Counted from the first letter of the stretch, positions 12,600 to 26,755 are shown. The stretch is 64,000 nt of DNA from Eledone cirrhosa (GCA_964016885.1 OZ024741.1:215326001-215390000); one strand, 5' to 3'. Notes: generated from the sequence alone by a model not told the origin. Numbers and translations: made by a program.

Positions 12600-13916
12600 C
12601 TCAGTGGCGGTTGCCCGGCCGTACGTGTCGTTGTCCTGTCCCTAGTCTCAGTTACCGCGAAGCATGCAATGTGCGTGCCAGGCCTATGTCTCCGCGTACT
12701 GGGTGGTCTAGCTCCTATGGGTGCCTTTGTCCTTCCTACGGTCGGTCCTGTGTCATTAATGTTAGCTGTGTTGTTATTTGTATTCCTTGAGACTGCTACC
12801 TGGTCATTTCTTCTACCTATGGAAGCGTCCCCGCTATTGTCGTTTCTGCACGCCTCGGCGCTTGGCTCTTCCCTGTCCGGGGTATACAGTATGGTGTCTG
12901 TGTAACCGGCCTTGCGCAGTGCCTCATTATAATATTCGGCGTGCTGTTTAAACACGTCTGCGTTCGCCGACAGGGTGGATAGGCGTTTGGACACCCCTTT
13001 AACTATAGCTTCTATGACTGACTTAGGGTGATTCGATTGCCTGTTCACATATTGCAGGTTCTCGTTGGGCTTGTGATACGGTCGGTTGATTCCCGTATTC
13101 ATTTCCAAGATAACGTCCAGGAAATTCACCGTCTTAGTGCTAGGATCTATTGTCACGGATAAGCCGTGTTTTTTTTTAAATGCGATATGCGCTTCCTCAT
13201 ACGCTCCATCTGGCTAGGGTTTACGGAACGGAAGGTGAAAAGTGCGTCGTCTCTGTATATTCCACCGCTGATCCCCGGGATCTCTTCCGTTAACCTATGG
13301 ATGAGATATATCCCCACAAGGTCGGTCACCTGCGCCGAGTCGCTCGACCCCATGGTGATATCGAAACTGTCGGGTCTGTCCCTCCTCTCCCATAACTTGT
13401 CTTCGAATCTAATTAGCCTCTTTCTGGCTGCTACTATGAGGTTGGTCTCCTCTCTAATGAGGCTAGATCTGGCCATGGCGCCCATGAGGGCGTTATTGAC
13501 TAGTATCGGAGATACTGGCGCGTAACAATTATCTATGTCTAACTGAATAAAGTTTACTTGTTGCTTGTCACCTACTAACGAGAACCAGTCAATTACCTCC
13601 TTAGTTGAGATCCATAGGCTGAGCCTAGTTTTGTTTATAAGTACCGGTAGTATCCTGTATATGATATTCTTGGTGGTCCTGCCTAAGTCAGATTTTCATG
13701 GTGCTACTAACCTAACGGGTAGTTTAGTTCTAAAGTCTAATTTATGGTCTTTAATAGATATCCGTGGTTTTTTAGGTACATATACCTCGGTCCTATCATC
13801 TAATCCTAGTCCCGAGCTATAGTTTTTGTCGTGGCGTTAATATTATCTAACTTTGTCTGGCCTGTGGTCCTATAGTTTTTCCTAATCTCTTTCCCGAGGC
13901 AGTCGTTGTATGTAAA
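12600..13916 (-). pseudogene. PLE reverse transcriptase remnant (GIY-YIG part missing)
   Basis: YNDCLGKEIRKNY..NIN..KTIA, LGLDDRTE, ISIKDHK, VRLVAP*KSDLG, FIQLDIDNCY, FDITMGSSDSAQVTDLVG, GGIYRDD, VNFLDV, PYHKPN, SNHP; frameshifts near 13810 and 13170. Confidence 0.88.
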
Positions 13917-14147
13917 ACCTGCAGCCGTAGAATCAGCCAGCTCCATACAGTGATCATGTCTCGAGCTACCTGCCGGCGAAACAATTGTAACACGCAATAA
14001 ACTGAGTCCAGATGCATCACTGATTTTTCGTTTTTTTTCTACTATCCACACTCTGCTCTGTAAGAATATTGAATGCTAATTTTGGCATACCGCCTATGGA
14101 AGCACCATAGCCACCATTATACACACGTATATATATATATATATTAG

Positions 14148-14755
14148 TATATATACGTACATACATATATGTATACAGACGTACAGTCGTATGTATATAT
14201 ATATACATACATGCACACATATATATATATGTACGTTTGGATTCACCGAACATTTATTATAATGCTCGGTGTGTTTGTAAACAAACATCCCGAATTAAGC
14301 CGTAGTGTCTAGCAACCATCGTTACTCTTTTGTTCAACACTGAAAAAGGAACGCTGTACTAGTTTCAAGCTTATTAGCTATCGTCAGCAACGTATACCTT
14401 CCTGCCAGATGATTGAACGTCTGAACGTATATACTTTCCTTATGCATATTAACGGCTGAGCAGCCTAATTTGCATATCGAGTGAATTAATCGACCGGGCG
14501 CACCGAAAACGATAAACGGAAAAAAATGAAACGAAATTTCATTTCTTACTCTTAGTACGGCTGTTACTTAAATATAAGTATGTATACGTATATACATATA
14601 TGTATACAGACGTACAGTAGTATGTATATATATATACACATACATGCACACATATATATATATGTACGTATGAATTCACAGAACATTTATTCTAATGCTC
14701 GGTGTATTTGTAAACAAACATCCCGAACTAAGCCGTAGTGTCTAGCAACCATCGT
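14148..14755 (+). repeat. ~175-bp direct duplication (14148-14322 / 14578-14755)
   Basis: Both copies run from gtatacagacgtacagt.. to ..gtgtctagcaaccatcgt. Confidence 0.85.
14351..14393 (-). ncRNA. Type I hammerhead ribozyme in a solo pLTR-like segment (~14232-14560)
   Basis: acgttg CTGACGA t agct-aata-agct t GAAA ctag TA cagcgt: 6-bp stem I, palindromic ACTAGT stem III, GUA triplet. Confidence 0.85.
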
Positions 14756-14757
14756 AG

Positions 14758-14830
<73 letters not shown>

Positions 14831-15109
14831 ATATATGTATATGTGTATGCATTTTTTTCTCAAGAGACAGTTCTTTCGTTGCTACGGACCCCAGCTGAAT
14901 TACCGGTCGCTGTCTCCATTTTGCAAAGCCCTTTAAGCTGTATGTTATTACTCTGAGGTCCTATACCTTGTCGAGTGCTTGGCTGCACTGCTGAAAGCAT
15001 TCGTCGGCTTAGCTGAGGCTCTGGCTTCGAATATGCTGTACTTCCATTAGTATATATATATTCCTTCCATATACTGTAGTGTTTGCATTGTTATTTCTAT
15101 TTACCTTTT

Positions 15110-15145
<36 letters not shown>

Positions 15146-15303
15146 TAAAAATTATAAAATCAGGGTTAAAATTCTGAAATATTTAAAATATTTAAAATAT
15201 TCAAACAATAACTCATTGAGTTCTCAATACTGCTGGTGTTGTGGAGAATATAAATTTCTAATTGTAAGGTAGGGGTGACTTCGAAGTATGTCTGCTTGTA
15301 TAG

Positions 15304-15372
<69 letters not shown>

Positions 15373-15853
15373 TATATATATGCATATGTGTGTGCATGTC
15401 TGTGTGGGTGTATATGTCTGTCTTCATGTATGTGTGTTTAAGGGTGTGCATGTGTATGTGTGTGTGTATCGAAATCCAGACATACATACATATATACACC
15501 CATTATAAATTACCTCGACTGATAAACATACTATAGGATTAAAAGTGTATTTCTTTCTCTATGTGTGTGCGCGTGTCTATGCATGCATGCAAGTATGTAT
15601 GTTATTTCATGCATATATATGTGTACATATACACATAACAAAATATGTTTTGTGTGTATTTTCTTTTTAGTGCAATGTCTTCACATAAAAGAGGATTATA
15701 CCCTGAGCAACTTACGAGTTATAGAATTGCTTTCTTGTAAGTAGTACAGTGCCCCCTGGTGTTTAAACCAAATACTATACATGTAGTAGTTGGACACTGA
15801 AAAGATTCCTAGTAAACAAGTTTAACTTCCATTACTATTTTCATTATTATTAA

Positions 15854-16041
15854 GGGCGGTGGATTGGCAGTATCATTAGAGGGTCGGACGCCATGCTTTG
15901 CAGCATAGAGTTATGTCCCTTTACGATCTGAGTTCAAATCCCGCCGAGGTTGACTTTGCCTTTCATCCTTACGGGGTCGATGAAATAAAGTACCAGTAAT
16001 GCACTGGATAATTGCTGGCCTTGTGCCTAAAGTAGAAACAA
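15854..16041 (+). mobile_element. tRNA-derived SINE with Meta-like central domain and (ATT)n tail
   Basis: B-box GAGTTCAAATCC followed by GCCTTTCATCCTTACGGGGTCGAT.AAATAAAGTACCAG; multiple copies in the window. Confidence 0.85.
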
Positions 16042-16142
16042 TTATTATTATTATTATTATTAATATTATTATTATTGTTGTTGTTGTTGTTGTTGTTGTT
16101 ATAATTCTTGTGGACAATAAATGAAATCATTATTATTATTTG

Positions 16143-16282
16143 ACGCATAGAGTTACGGCCCTTGCCATTCTGAGTTCAAATCCCGCCGAGGTTAACTCCG
16201 CCTTTCATCCTTACGGGGTCGATAAAATAAAGTACCAGTAATCTACTGGATAATTGCTGGCTTTGTGCCAAAAGTAGAAACA
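16143..16282 (+). mobile_element. 5'-truncated tandem copy of the same SINE
   Basis: Matches ~15902-16041. Confidence 0.85.
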
Positions 16283-16441
16283 ATTATTATTATTATTACT
16301 GTTGTTGTTGTTGTCGTCGTTTTCGTTGTTGTTGTTGCTGATATTGTTGTGGTTGTTGTGGTTGATGTTGTTGATGTAGTTGTTATTGTTATGATTATGA
16401 TTTGTATATATGTGTGTGTGTGTGTGTGTGCATCTATATAC

Positions 16442-16513
<72 letters not shown>

Positions 16514-16682
16514 CTTTATTTTATAGTTTTGCGTACGCAGAAAGCACACTCTTAAAGATAACATTTCCTGCTTTTAACGAGTGTATATATAATCTAAAAC
16601 ATATACATAGATACATGCATACATACATACATACATACATACATACATACATACATACATACATACATACATACATACATAA

Positions 16683-16713
<31 letters not shown>

Positions 16714-16738
16714 CATACATACATATATAAACATATAC

Positions 16739-16772
<34 letters not shown>

Positions 16773-17060
16773 GCGTATTTAAATATATAAATATATATGT
16801 ATATTTTTATGAATGTATGTATGCATGTTCGTATGCATATATATATGATCGTGATTGTGATAAAATTTAGGATATACGTCTCTATCTACTCTCACCATTA
16901 GATGAAATCTCAACTACTCGCTGTTATTACCAGGAACAATATTTATTCATCTCAAAAATATTTAAGAAAAAATATAAATAGACATAATTTTAAAATCAAT
17001 TGAAACATAAAATAAACGCATAAATAAGTAAATAAAGAAATAAGTAAATAAAGAAATAAG

Positions 17061-17120
<60 letters not shown>

Positions 17121-17359
17121 AAATGCACGAATAAATAAATGTCGGAATGAAGGATTGAAGGATTGAAGGAAGAAAAGACTGACAATTATCGCTTCTAAAA
17201 TCTGTTGTTTTGTAAAGTTTGATGTAAATTTACTTTATATCCAATTGAAAAGTTTTGAAATACTCCTCCCACATACACAAATTTGTATATACACACACAT
17301 ATACACACACACACACGCACACACACACACATATATATATGTACGTATGTATGTGTATA

Positions 17360-17436
<77 letters not shown>

Positions 17437-17479
17437 TTATATATAGTATATGTATGTATATATATATATATATATATAA

Positions 17480-17540
<61 letters not shown>

Positions 17541-17615
17541 TAAAATGTCGAATCGCAATATCAAACCTGAAACCTTCGCTCTCTAAATCCTTGATGAAAT
17601 AAAAGATAAATACTG

Positions 17616-17669
<54 letters not shown>

Positions 17670-17709
17670 ATATTACATGTATATTATATATATATATATA
17701 TATATATAA

Positions 17710-17798
<89 letters not shown>

Positions 17799-18439
17799 TG
17801 GTTATGTATATTTTGATGTGGATTGCTAGGTGATGATCTAAGTGTCATACTCGGAAGATTATATCGACCCAATCACGTGACAGGGAAATTGAAGTAAGGG
17901 TTAAGTCGACCTCGGAGGGATATTAATTCGAAAATGTCGGTTGTGTAATGAGAGAGTAGTTTTTAATCTAGACACAAAACCAACAATTTGGGGCCCAAGG
18001 GAACAGTCAATTATTTTATCCCCAATGCTAGGTTAGTACGTACATACAAGATGGATACAACTCGATTTCAACCAACCACGGGCGTGGCTTTTATTCCTGC
18101 TAGGGACTTGTCTATGGCTACCAATACCATACATCTAAAACAAATGTCACATCTCATGCGGTTCCTGTGCTTGAAACATTTTTAAGCGAAGAAAAGCTTT
18201 GCACGGAGCCAATCCTACTCTCTAAATATCGAATACATTTTCCCAAAATGTAGAACTAGGTGCAAACGATGTCGCATGTTTCATATCAAAGTCACATACT
18301 CCTAGAGAGATGTCTTCATTAGGTCTATGAGTCTCTCGCTCCATCCACAAAAAAGAATACATGCATTCATATTGCATACATTTTAAAGTCCCCCTTCGGT
18401 CACCAATGACCATAGGATTTGCTCTCCTCCGAGAGGCAA

Positions 18440-18680
18440 GTCCGGAAAAGGTTGTCTGTGGAAGACCAGCAGTCGCCCATGCATTGCAGTCTCCCTTCTC
18501 CAGGCCACCGATGCTGTCCAATCGAAAGGCAAAGGCCGATAGAGCTTGGTACCAGTGACGTTGTATCTCATTTCTACAGCTGAGTTAACTGGAGCACTTG
18601 AAATAAAGTGTCTTGCTGAAGGACGCAACAACCTCACGATTGCAAGCCCAACGTTCAAACCACCAAGCCATAACCCTTCA
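18440..18680 (-). mobile_element. CORE-like SINE / RTE-related repeat
   Basis: Reverse complement contains GTCCTTCAGCAAGACACTTTATTTCA..GCTCCAGTTAACTCAGCTGTAGAAATGAG, as in 27074-27415. Confidence 0.65.
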
Positions 18681-18874
18681 CATGATGGCTGCTCCATTGT
18701 TATCGAGTATGGCCATTATATACCATTATTAATAATTATTAATTAATTCTATCGTGCAATGCCTGTGCGTGAAGATATTTTTTAAAGTGAGGAAAGACTG
18801 TGCACTGAGCCAATCCCACTCTCTGAGCGACAGTAGCTATAACCCGAAGAAAAGATCAACATGATCGGTTACTA

Positions 18875-19180
18875 CTGAGCCGCAGGTTTTATATCGGAAT
18901 TATCCCAGTTTCCAGAGTTGCCTTCTCCTAGAGGAATGCTCTGACAAAGGCTAGGGGTCCTTCATTCCAAGTGGTTTAACCGCGCGGTACATGTGTATAT
19001 ACATATTTACACACTTTCGGATGGCTGTTGACTCTTATGAGTTCTACCGCCCTTTGTCAGGTTTTGCTTTTTGTCCTGCAGAGTGTCCAACGTCACCCTC
19101 CTCACCAAGTAAACTTGGTGGGGTTGCCGGATGGGTCATCGACGACCCGACCATGCGACAGGTTGTACTGGGTTACATTC
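18875..19180 (-). mobile_element. Probable RTE-type LINE 5'-UTR fragment
   Basis: GC-rich non-coding segment containing GTTGCCTTCTCCTAGA..AAGGCTAG, recalled from RTE UTRs; pattern recognition only. Confidence 0.35.
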
Positions 19181-19344
19181 TATCAGTAGCACTCAAGAGT
19201 GACACCTTCACAAACATAAATACATAGCACTCAAGAGCATAGCACTCAAGAGTGATACCTTCACATACATACATACATACATACATACATACATACATAC
19301 ATACATACATACATACATACATACATACATACATACATACATAC

Positions 19345-22300
19345 AGTCGCATATTTTGGCGTGGGAGACTATTTATTAAATTTAAGATGAATACTATCTC
19401 CGACAGTAATGCGACAACTACAGTCATGTTGAATAACTGGTTAGTCTTTAAACTATATCTTCTGAAGACACTTTTTATTTTAATTCGTAGAGATATCCGA
19501 CTAAATACATAATTCATTTTACAATGATCTGCTACAAACAGCATGGCTGAACACAACATCAACAACAAAATTAAGCAAGTACCGAAGTCAACCAACAAGA
19601 AAGGTAAACAAACTTTATTCAGTTGTAGCTACAGAAGAACCCGAAATTATAAATCGCATTTCTCTTGGAGTTGCGAACTTAATAATGATTTATTTAATTG
19701 TTATAAAATGGCAAAAAACAATCCCTCCATTGGCTATATGAACAGAATGAAGCTACACTGGGACGAAATGCACCCAGTGCTAAATTATTTCACAGCGAAA
19801 CAATTACGCCAACAAGCGACGTTTTTTGAATGTAAAAATAAGATAAATATTATTAATTGTAAGTCGCCCACAACAAACATGTTATCAACAACACGTGCTA
19901 CAGGTCGCCATGCTACTAGACTTCCTAGCAGCCAGGTCGAACAGCACCTTGAAACAATTATGCCTGTAAGACAATTGACACCACCTGTACCATCTAAGTC
20001 TACCTCGAATGCTGGGGAAAACACTATCGATAATAATAATAATCGAAGAAATAATAATAATAATAATAATCGAAGAAATTTGACACCACGTGTACCATCC
20101 GAGTCTACCTCGACTGTTGTGGAAAATACTATCGATAATTATAATAATCAAAAGTATAAACAAATGAAAATTTCCCTCAACGAAATCTTCCAGAGAGAAA
20201 TTAATTCATGTATAAATATCTCTCTTGATGAACGTGTTAAAACGACAATGTTTAATAAAAAAAAAAAACAACAAATAATGAAATATTACGTGTTATTGAC
20301 GAAATAGGGGATGAATATTTACGACGGATAAAACCCCAACATTTTGGCAAATCAACGTCTGTTTATATGCCTTAGCAACGACAGTGAAGCATTATCTTGG
20401 TGATAGCAGAGATATTAACAAGAACAGAACACCACCAAAAATACCATCATATATAACTAAAATAGAAAAAACGGTTGCTGACCTACGAAAAACCATAGGA
20501 TATGTGACAATGCTCCTTACATGCAAACAAACACGAAAAAAACTCACTCCTCACCAACAAAGAGTGAAAAATAAAATAGAGACGATGTTTGGTAACAGTA
20601 GAACCAGAACTCTCCAATATAAGCTGATCCCCCTCAAACAAGAATTGAGAGATGTTAGCGAAAAACGCCGATACCTGAAGAAGGTAGATGAGAGATAAGT
20701 GCATAACAAAATATTCAGACGAAACCAAACATCATTCTATAGAGATATGGAGAACAAAATAATAAGTGTCACTGAGGCTCCATCCCAGAAAGACAGATTC
20801 CTTTTAGAGCAAAATATGGGGTGAAAAGAAGAATTTCAACCAAGATGCAGTGTGGCTAAAAGAAATCCGAAAGAACTATTGCTCCTACACTACAACAAAA
20901 ACATACGAAATAAGTGAGGGTACACCTTTGAGATAGTGATAGGAAAATTCCAAGATAAGAAAACACCAGGAAGAGACATGATTGTCGGCTACTGGTACAA
21001 AAAACTGATATTCTATCGGAGGTATCTTACTGACCTCTACCAACAAGTTCTTAAGGGAGATACACTTATACCAGAATGGTTGATATTAGCAGAATGGTTG
21101 ACATTACTGGTCCCCAAGAACAAAGACACCCACTTGGCAAAAAACTACCGACCCATTGCATGCCAGAACCTGATGTATAAGAATTATACAGCCTGCTTGA
21201 AACAATTTCTCCAAAATCATTGGGAAAATAATAACGTCATCACAGATGAACAAGCAGCTGGAAAGAAAGGGGTTTGGGGATGTGCTGAACAACTCCTAAT
21301 CATCAAAATTGCGATGTCGGAGGTGCGACAGCTTAGTAGGAATATGGCTACAGTCTGGCTGGACGACAGGAAAGCTTTCGATTCTGTTCCCCATCTTGGA
21401 TGATAGAGGCCCTCCAACTTGCTAAAGTCCCAGACATTATTATCAGAGCCATAGAGAAGCTTTCTTCTTCTTGGCCTACTATCCTCAGGTTAAAGACAGA
21501 GAGGGGGACTCTATTTTCACTGATAAAATAAAATATTGCAGGGGTAATATTTCAGGAGGACACTCTCTCTATGATATTATTCATCTTGTCATTAAACCCC
21601 TTGTCCTTTCTGCTCAAGAAATGTGAGGGATACATCATTAGCTCACAGGAGGACAGAAATACGAACCTAACCCATAATTTCTTTGTGGACGATCTAAAAA
21701 TCTATGCCAAGAACATGGATGGGATGAAGAACAATCTTTACCTGGTTACAACATGACTGTAAAGCGGGGAAAACAACAACCCAATCTAGCAACATTGTCA
21801 TCAATAGCCTAACTGTTTCACCGATATCTGATGAGGACTGCTACAGATACCTGGGGATAGATGAGAACATATCCTATAATGGTATCTGTAATAAAGAACG
21901 CGTAACCAGGGAATACTACACCCGATTAAGAAAGATCTGGTCATCGGAACTCTCTGCGCAAAACAAAACAGTGTCTCACAATGTGTTTGCTGTGCCTGTC
22001 CTAACACCAACGTTTGGAATACTCAAGTACACGGTAGACGAAATTCGAGCAGTTGATGTTAGAATTCGAAAAATACTAAACAACAACGGAAACTTCCACA
22101 TCAACAGTGACATAGACCGCCTTTACTTGAAACGTAAGCAGGGAGCCAGTGGCCTAACATCAGTCCAGACAGCATTTGAATGTCGCATCATATCTCTCCG
22201 ACAACCTCTACGAACTTCGAAGCGTAAGAGCACGTCTCTCGAGCAAGGCTATCTGCATGAAACATATAAGATCGTGATAGTTGGGAAGGAACTACTCGAA

Positions 22301-23140
22301 GGATATTCCCTGTGTGATAATCAAAAACTCATACCCAGGGAAATCGCTCAGTAGTATCGCAGTGAATCCATGGATGAAATACTGCATGCTTATCAGCAAA
22401 AAATTATGCATGGATATATTGCCAGGAAGTTCCTGAGTGAGAGTAATATAGATAAGGAAAGTAGTCTATCTTGGACCAACAACCGCTATATTGGCTCCCA
22501 CTTTGAAGGATACGCTTTTGCAATCCAAGAACTGGAAATTAACACGAAATACCTGATTCACAAAAGAGATAGGGATGCAGGCAAAACACCTAGATTCGAT
22601 AACAAGTGCAGACACTGCAGAATTGACATCGAAGATGTCACCCAAGTCATAAGCAGCTGTCCAAATATGTCATCGCGGTACTATCTACCTATGAGGAATG
22701 CTGTAGTGACCATAACACTGTATAATGCAATCCGTAGAAAAGATTGCCCCGATAATAAACACATTAAAAACTACAGCAATGTGGAAGACATACATATACA
22801 TAATATGAAAGAGTACTGGTAGAATGTTCCAGTAAAACCCCAATAAAATGCAGGCATAACACGCCAGATATAATGATATGGGATAGGGAAAATAAGGCAT
22901 GCACAGTAGTGGAAGTTAGCTGCCCAGCAGAGGCCAATATAATATCAATGATTAACAAAAAGGAGAATATTTATGCAGAACTGACGAGAAATCTGCAGAT
23001 ACTCCACCCTGATTATACCTTCATATTTATGCCTGCGATTATTGGGGCACTGATGTATGTTAGTAACTGCCTCAATACAAATTTTGAGAAGATGGTCTTC
23101 ACAGGAACAGAAAGAACATGATTAACTACATGATTAACTG
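19345..23140 (+). mobile_element. Decayed R4/Dong-like non-LTR retrotransposon (RT + CCHC + restriction-like endonuclease)
   Basis: Fragmented single ORF: N-terminal GYMNRMKLHW..QLRQQA, KTPGRD, NYRPIACQN, EQAAGKKG, WLDDRKAFDSVPH, LSLNPLS, FFVDDLKIY, YRYLG, CRHC..E..Q..SSC, TPDIMIWD..VVEVSCP..K; begins immediately after (TACA)n. Confidence 0.85.
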
Positions 23141-23159
23141 CAAACTTCGTTTTGACACC

Positions 23160-23870
23160 CCAACAACGATGATGTAATTTGTCAAAGGCGTCAGTTTCTT
23201 TAGAGATGCAATTGATGATCTTATCATCCAGGGATGCGGTTCCCTTTGCTGCCAAGGTAAGTAAAGGAATTCATATACTTCAGATCCTTGCCATCAACAG
23301 TGATGCATCCAGGGATGCGGTTCCCTTTGCTGCCAAGGTAAGTAAAGGAATTCATATACTTCAGATCCTTGCCATCAACAGTGATGGGAACATGGAGATG
23401 CCCGGCGTTCCTTGCTCAACATCTACTTTTCTCGAGGTGGTTGGTTTTGGTTGAGATAACACGTCAGTCTTCCTAGTACTGATTTGTAAACCAAATGCTT
23501 TACAGGCAAGCGAGAAGCGGTCCAGCAGTTTTTTTGTGCCTGTTCAAGGGATGTTGCTACAAGTGCATCAACATCAGCAAACAGAAAATCACGAATAACA
23601 CTTGTTCGTGGAAGCCTTTTACCCATAAAGTGCTGATGGTTAAACAACCCACCTCATTTACAGTATTTAATTCTGGCACATGTGGCTATGCCAGCAAATG
23701 CATACTGGAGCGTTACAGAGAGGAATATGTATTAACCAGCCATCTGCAGACATTAAAATCAATTCCATCATATTTTACAGATTATAGTAGAGAAGTAGCT
23801 AGTAGTTCAGCCTTGTGTGAAACTCAGCCTGCAGGAAACTCAAATACTTTTCTACAGTCTTCCTAGAAAC
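23160..23870 (-). mobile_element. RTE-clade LINE RT fragment with an 81-bp internal tandem duplication (23225-23386)
   Basis: Minus-strand SVIRDFLFAD.DALVA motif; duplication read directly. Confidence 0.7.
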
Positions 23871-24099
23871 AACATCTCGCACAATAACTATAAACTGATC
23901 AACATGAGTCAAGTTGGCTGTCAAATCTACTGAAACTGAGAAGTACCGCATTTGGTGACATTTTACCCTCTGTCATATATGACCCGCTTCCTATTTCAGC
24001 AGAAAATATTTAGAAAACCCCTAGCCTACGAGACAACTAAACTTTACATATAAGTACATTTAAGACACATATTATTCTTTAGCTATTTTTATGGTGGTG

Positions 24100-24780
24100 G
24101 AGGGGCTTATATGTTGTGAAATCCGGTACTTGACGTTTTAATTTCTGCGGTATATGATTTTTAAGAGAACCATTCCTTCGTCACACATTATTGGTGATAA
24201 TTATGACTGCTTACCACTTCCTTGGTTGCTAAATCCTTTCTAGTGTTTCAGAAATGAACCAAATTGTGTAATATTTTCCATAATTCCTAAAAAGAAATGT
24301 CCATTGTTTTTAGATCTTATGATCTATTTACTAAATATGAATGCCATGCCACTTTCAGTGAGAATTATTGTCAGAACCATAACATTCAGTCGAGTATTTC
24401 CTATTTCGCTGACAATAAAAGAAGAGTCTGCACATGGTTTCAAATCCTACTCCAGCATAGGACATGAAATGGAAACACGATCCATTCTATCAATTGTGTA
24501 ATAAGTTCTATAAATCCTAAAAATATTACTATTGTTTTTAGAGCTTATGATCTCGTTATTAACTATAAATTCCATGCCTCTCTCAGTGAGAATTATTGAC
24601 AGGACCACAATATTTAGTCGAGTATTTCTTGTTTCCCTGTCAATAAAAGAAGAGTCCGAACATTAATCATTGAACATAACCTTAGGTTTGGTCATGAGTT
24701 TTCAGACGTATCTCTAGAATTGATGCTGCCCCAAGAAAAGTTTTAATGAAACATGGTGGATTCTTAACAACCACTTTGAG
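24100..24780 (-). pseudogene. hAT (Tip100/ZMYM-like) transposase relic with ~230-bp internal duplication
   Basis: Minus-strand ..ILTERGMEF..NEIISSKNN..F.G..E.ITQF.. resembles the GLAFRG...NGNFL..LE...D block of hAT transposases; duplicated at 24262-24435 and 24492-24663. Confidence 0.6.
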
Positions 24781-25579
24781 TAACCTGGAAGTGATATAAC
24801 GGAAGAAAGAAAAAAAACAAAAAAACGGAAGAGCTAGTTGTAGAGTTTTCTTACATCCACTTCACATTTGTCAACACATCGATATTTTGAGATAAGTAGT
24901 AAATATTGGATATTTTTTTTATCGCTGGTAACATATATTTATATAAACATGCATAGCGGCAGACATACATTTATATATATGTATATATATGTATACAAAC
25001 ACACATACAGACACACAGACACACACACACAGATATGTATATATATATACATATATATATATGTATATATATATGTATATATATATATATATATATATAC
25101 ACACTCATATATATATATATATACATGCACACACACCACACACACACACACATATATATATATACATACACACATATATTTCTTTATTTATTCATACATA
25201 TGTATTTATGCAGGGATATGTAACATCCTCGAACAATAAAATCAAAAATCGATTTCTCTCTCTATCTGTTTACAAACTGTCTACTGAACTATGTGGCGAT
25301 TAAAGATGTTTATCCCTTTTTTCAATTTACAGGATACTTCGTATTTGTTGGTATGTTTACATGTCGATATATTAAATATGCGTATATATTTATACACGTT
25401 GGTGCAGTCTCAGTTATACACGCTGTATTTATACAAATATAACTTTATGATACACTTCGGCTGCTAGCGCAATCCTAACTATATACATTGCTGTTTCGTC
25501 TGAAGAACTATTTCAATGTTAATGACATTTCTGAAAATTATAGAAAATACCAAAATGTTCATAGTTGGTTATATGTTAT

Positions 25580-26117
25580 GAAGGCGTGTGGCTGAGTGGT
25601 TAGAGAATTGGATTCACAATCTTGAGGTTGTGATTTCGATTCATGGACCGGACGATGCGTTATGTCCTTGAGCAAGACACTTTATTTCACGTTGCTCCTT
25701 CTACCCGGAGTTGCGACCGATAGATAGTACTAGCAACTGGAAAGACCAACGGAAACATTGTTTCCTCGGTCCGATTTGACGAAAGTCGATCGATCCTTTT
25801 TTATATGTTATCTAAGAAAGTGGCCCAATTATTCCTGTTTAAGCTCCTGTTTTAGTAAATATGTTCTTTGCATATCTCCTTTAAATATTTTCTGAAGAGT
25901 AGTATATTTTGAAATACCTTTCTTAATACAGGAAACCATATCGACAGTCGATCGACTTTCGTCAAATCGGACCGGGGAAACAATTTTTTCCATTGGTCTT
26001 TCCAATTGCTAGCACTTTCTATCGGTCGCAACTCCAGGTAGAAGGACCAACGTGAGATAAAGTGTCTTGCTCAAGGACATAACGCATCGCCCGGTCCGGG
26101 AATCGAACTCACAACCT
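25580..26117. mobile_element. Inverted repeat (arms ~25625-25794 / 25948-26117) in which each arm is a CORE-like SINE head plus unique sequence
   Basis: gagcaagacactttatttcacgttgctcc..ccgatttgacgaaagtcgatcga is mirrored on the other side of a ~150-bp spacer. Confidence 0.8.
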
Positions 26118-26280
26118 ATATCATTATCTTCATTATCATCGTCGTCGTCATCATTATCTTCATCGTCATCATCATTAACATCATCGTCCTCATTATCATC
26201 ATCATCATTATAATCATAATCATCATCATCATCATCATCATGATCATCATTATCATCATCATCATCAGCAGAAGCAGCAA

Positions 26281-26312
<32 letters not shown>

Positions 26313-26396
26313 CCATAATCATCATCATCATCATCATCATCATCAGCATCATCATCATCATCATTACCATTATCATCATCAGCGTCAGCATCATCA
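26118..26396 (+). repeat. (CAT)n microsatellite
   Basis: Direct reading. Confidence 0.95.
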
Positions 26397-26550
26397 AAAA
26401 TCCACCCTAAATGACTCGAGCTCATAATTGCTAGTGAGGAATAACTAGTTAGTCACATATTCTGGTTGTTTGTGCCATTACCGACATTTTTTCAAATATT
26501 TCCAGCCTCGTTATGACGACAGGACTTGGTTGAAGAATGTAAAAGACATA

Positions 26551-26651
<101 letters not shown>

Positions 26652-26670
26652 TATATACATATATATATAT

Positions 26671-26755
<85 letters not shown>

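Larger units (their letters stand above)
10473..14120 (-). mobile_element. 5'-truncated Naiad-type Penelope-like element with inverted pLTR arms (10473-10599 / 13917-14044) and tail 14045-14120
   Basis: Minus-strand RT remnant abuts the right arm; arms are reverse complements; left end runs into (TA)n and right end into TA/CA repeats. Confidence 0.8.

Noticed and set aside
15854-15945. tRNA genes at SINE heads (also 25580, 27074, 40193, 49143)
   Set aside because: A/B boxes are present, but there is no complete cloverleaf and each continues into SINE body sequence.
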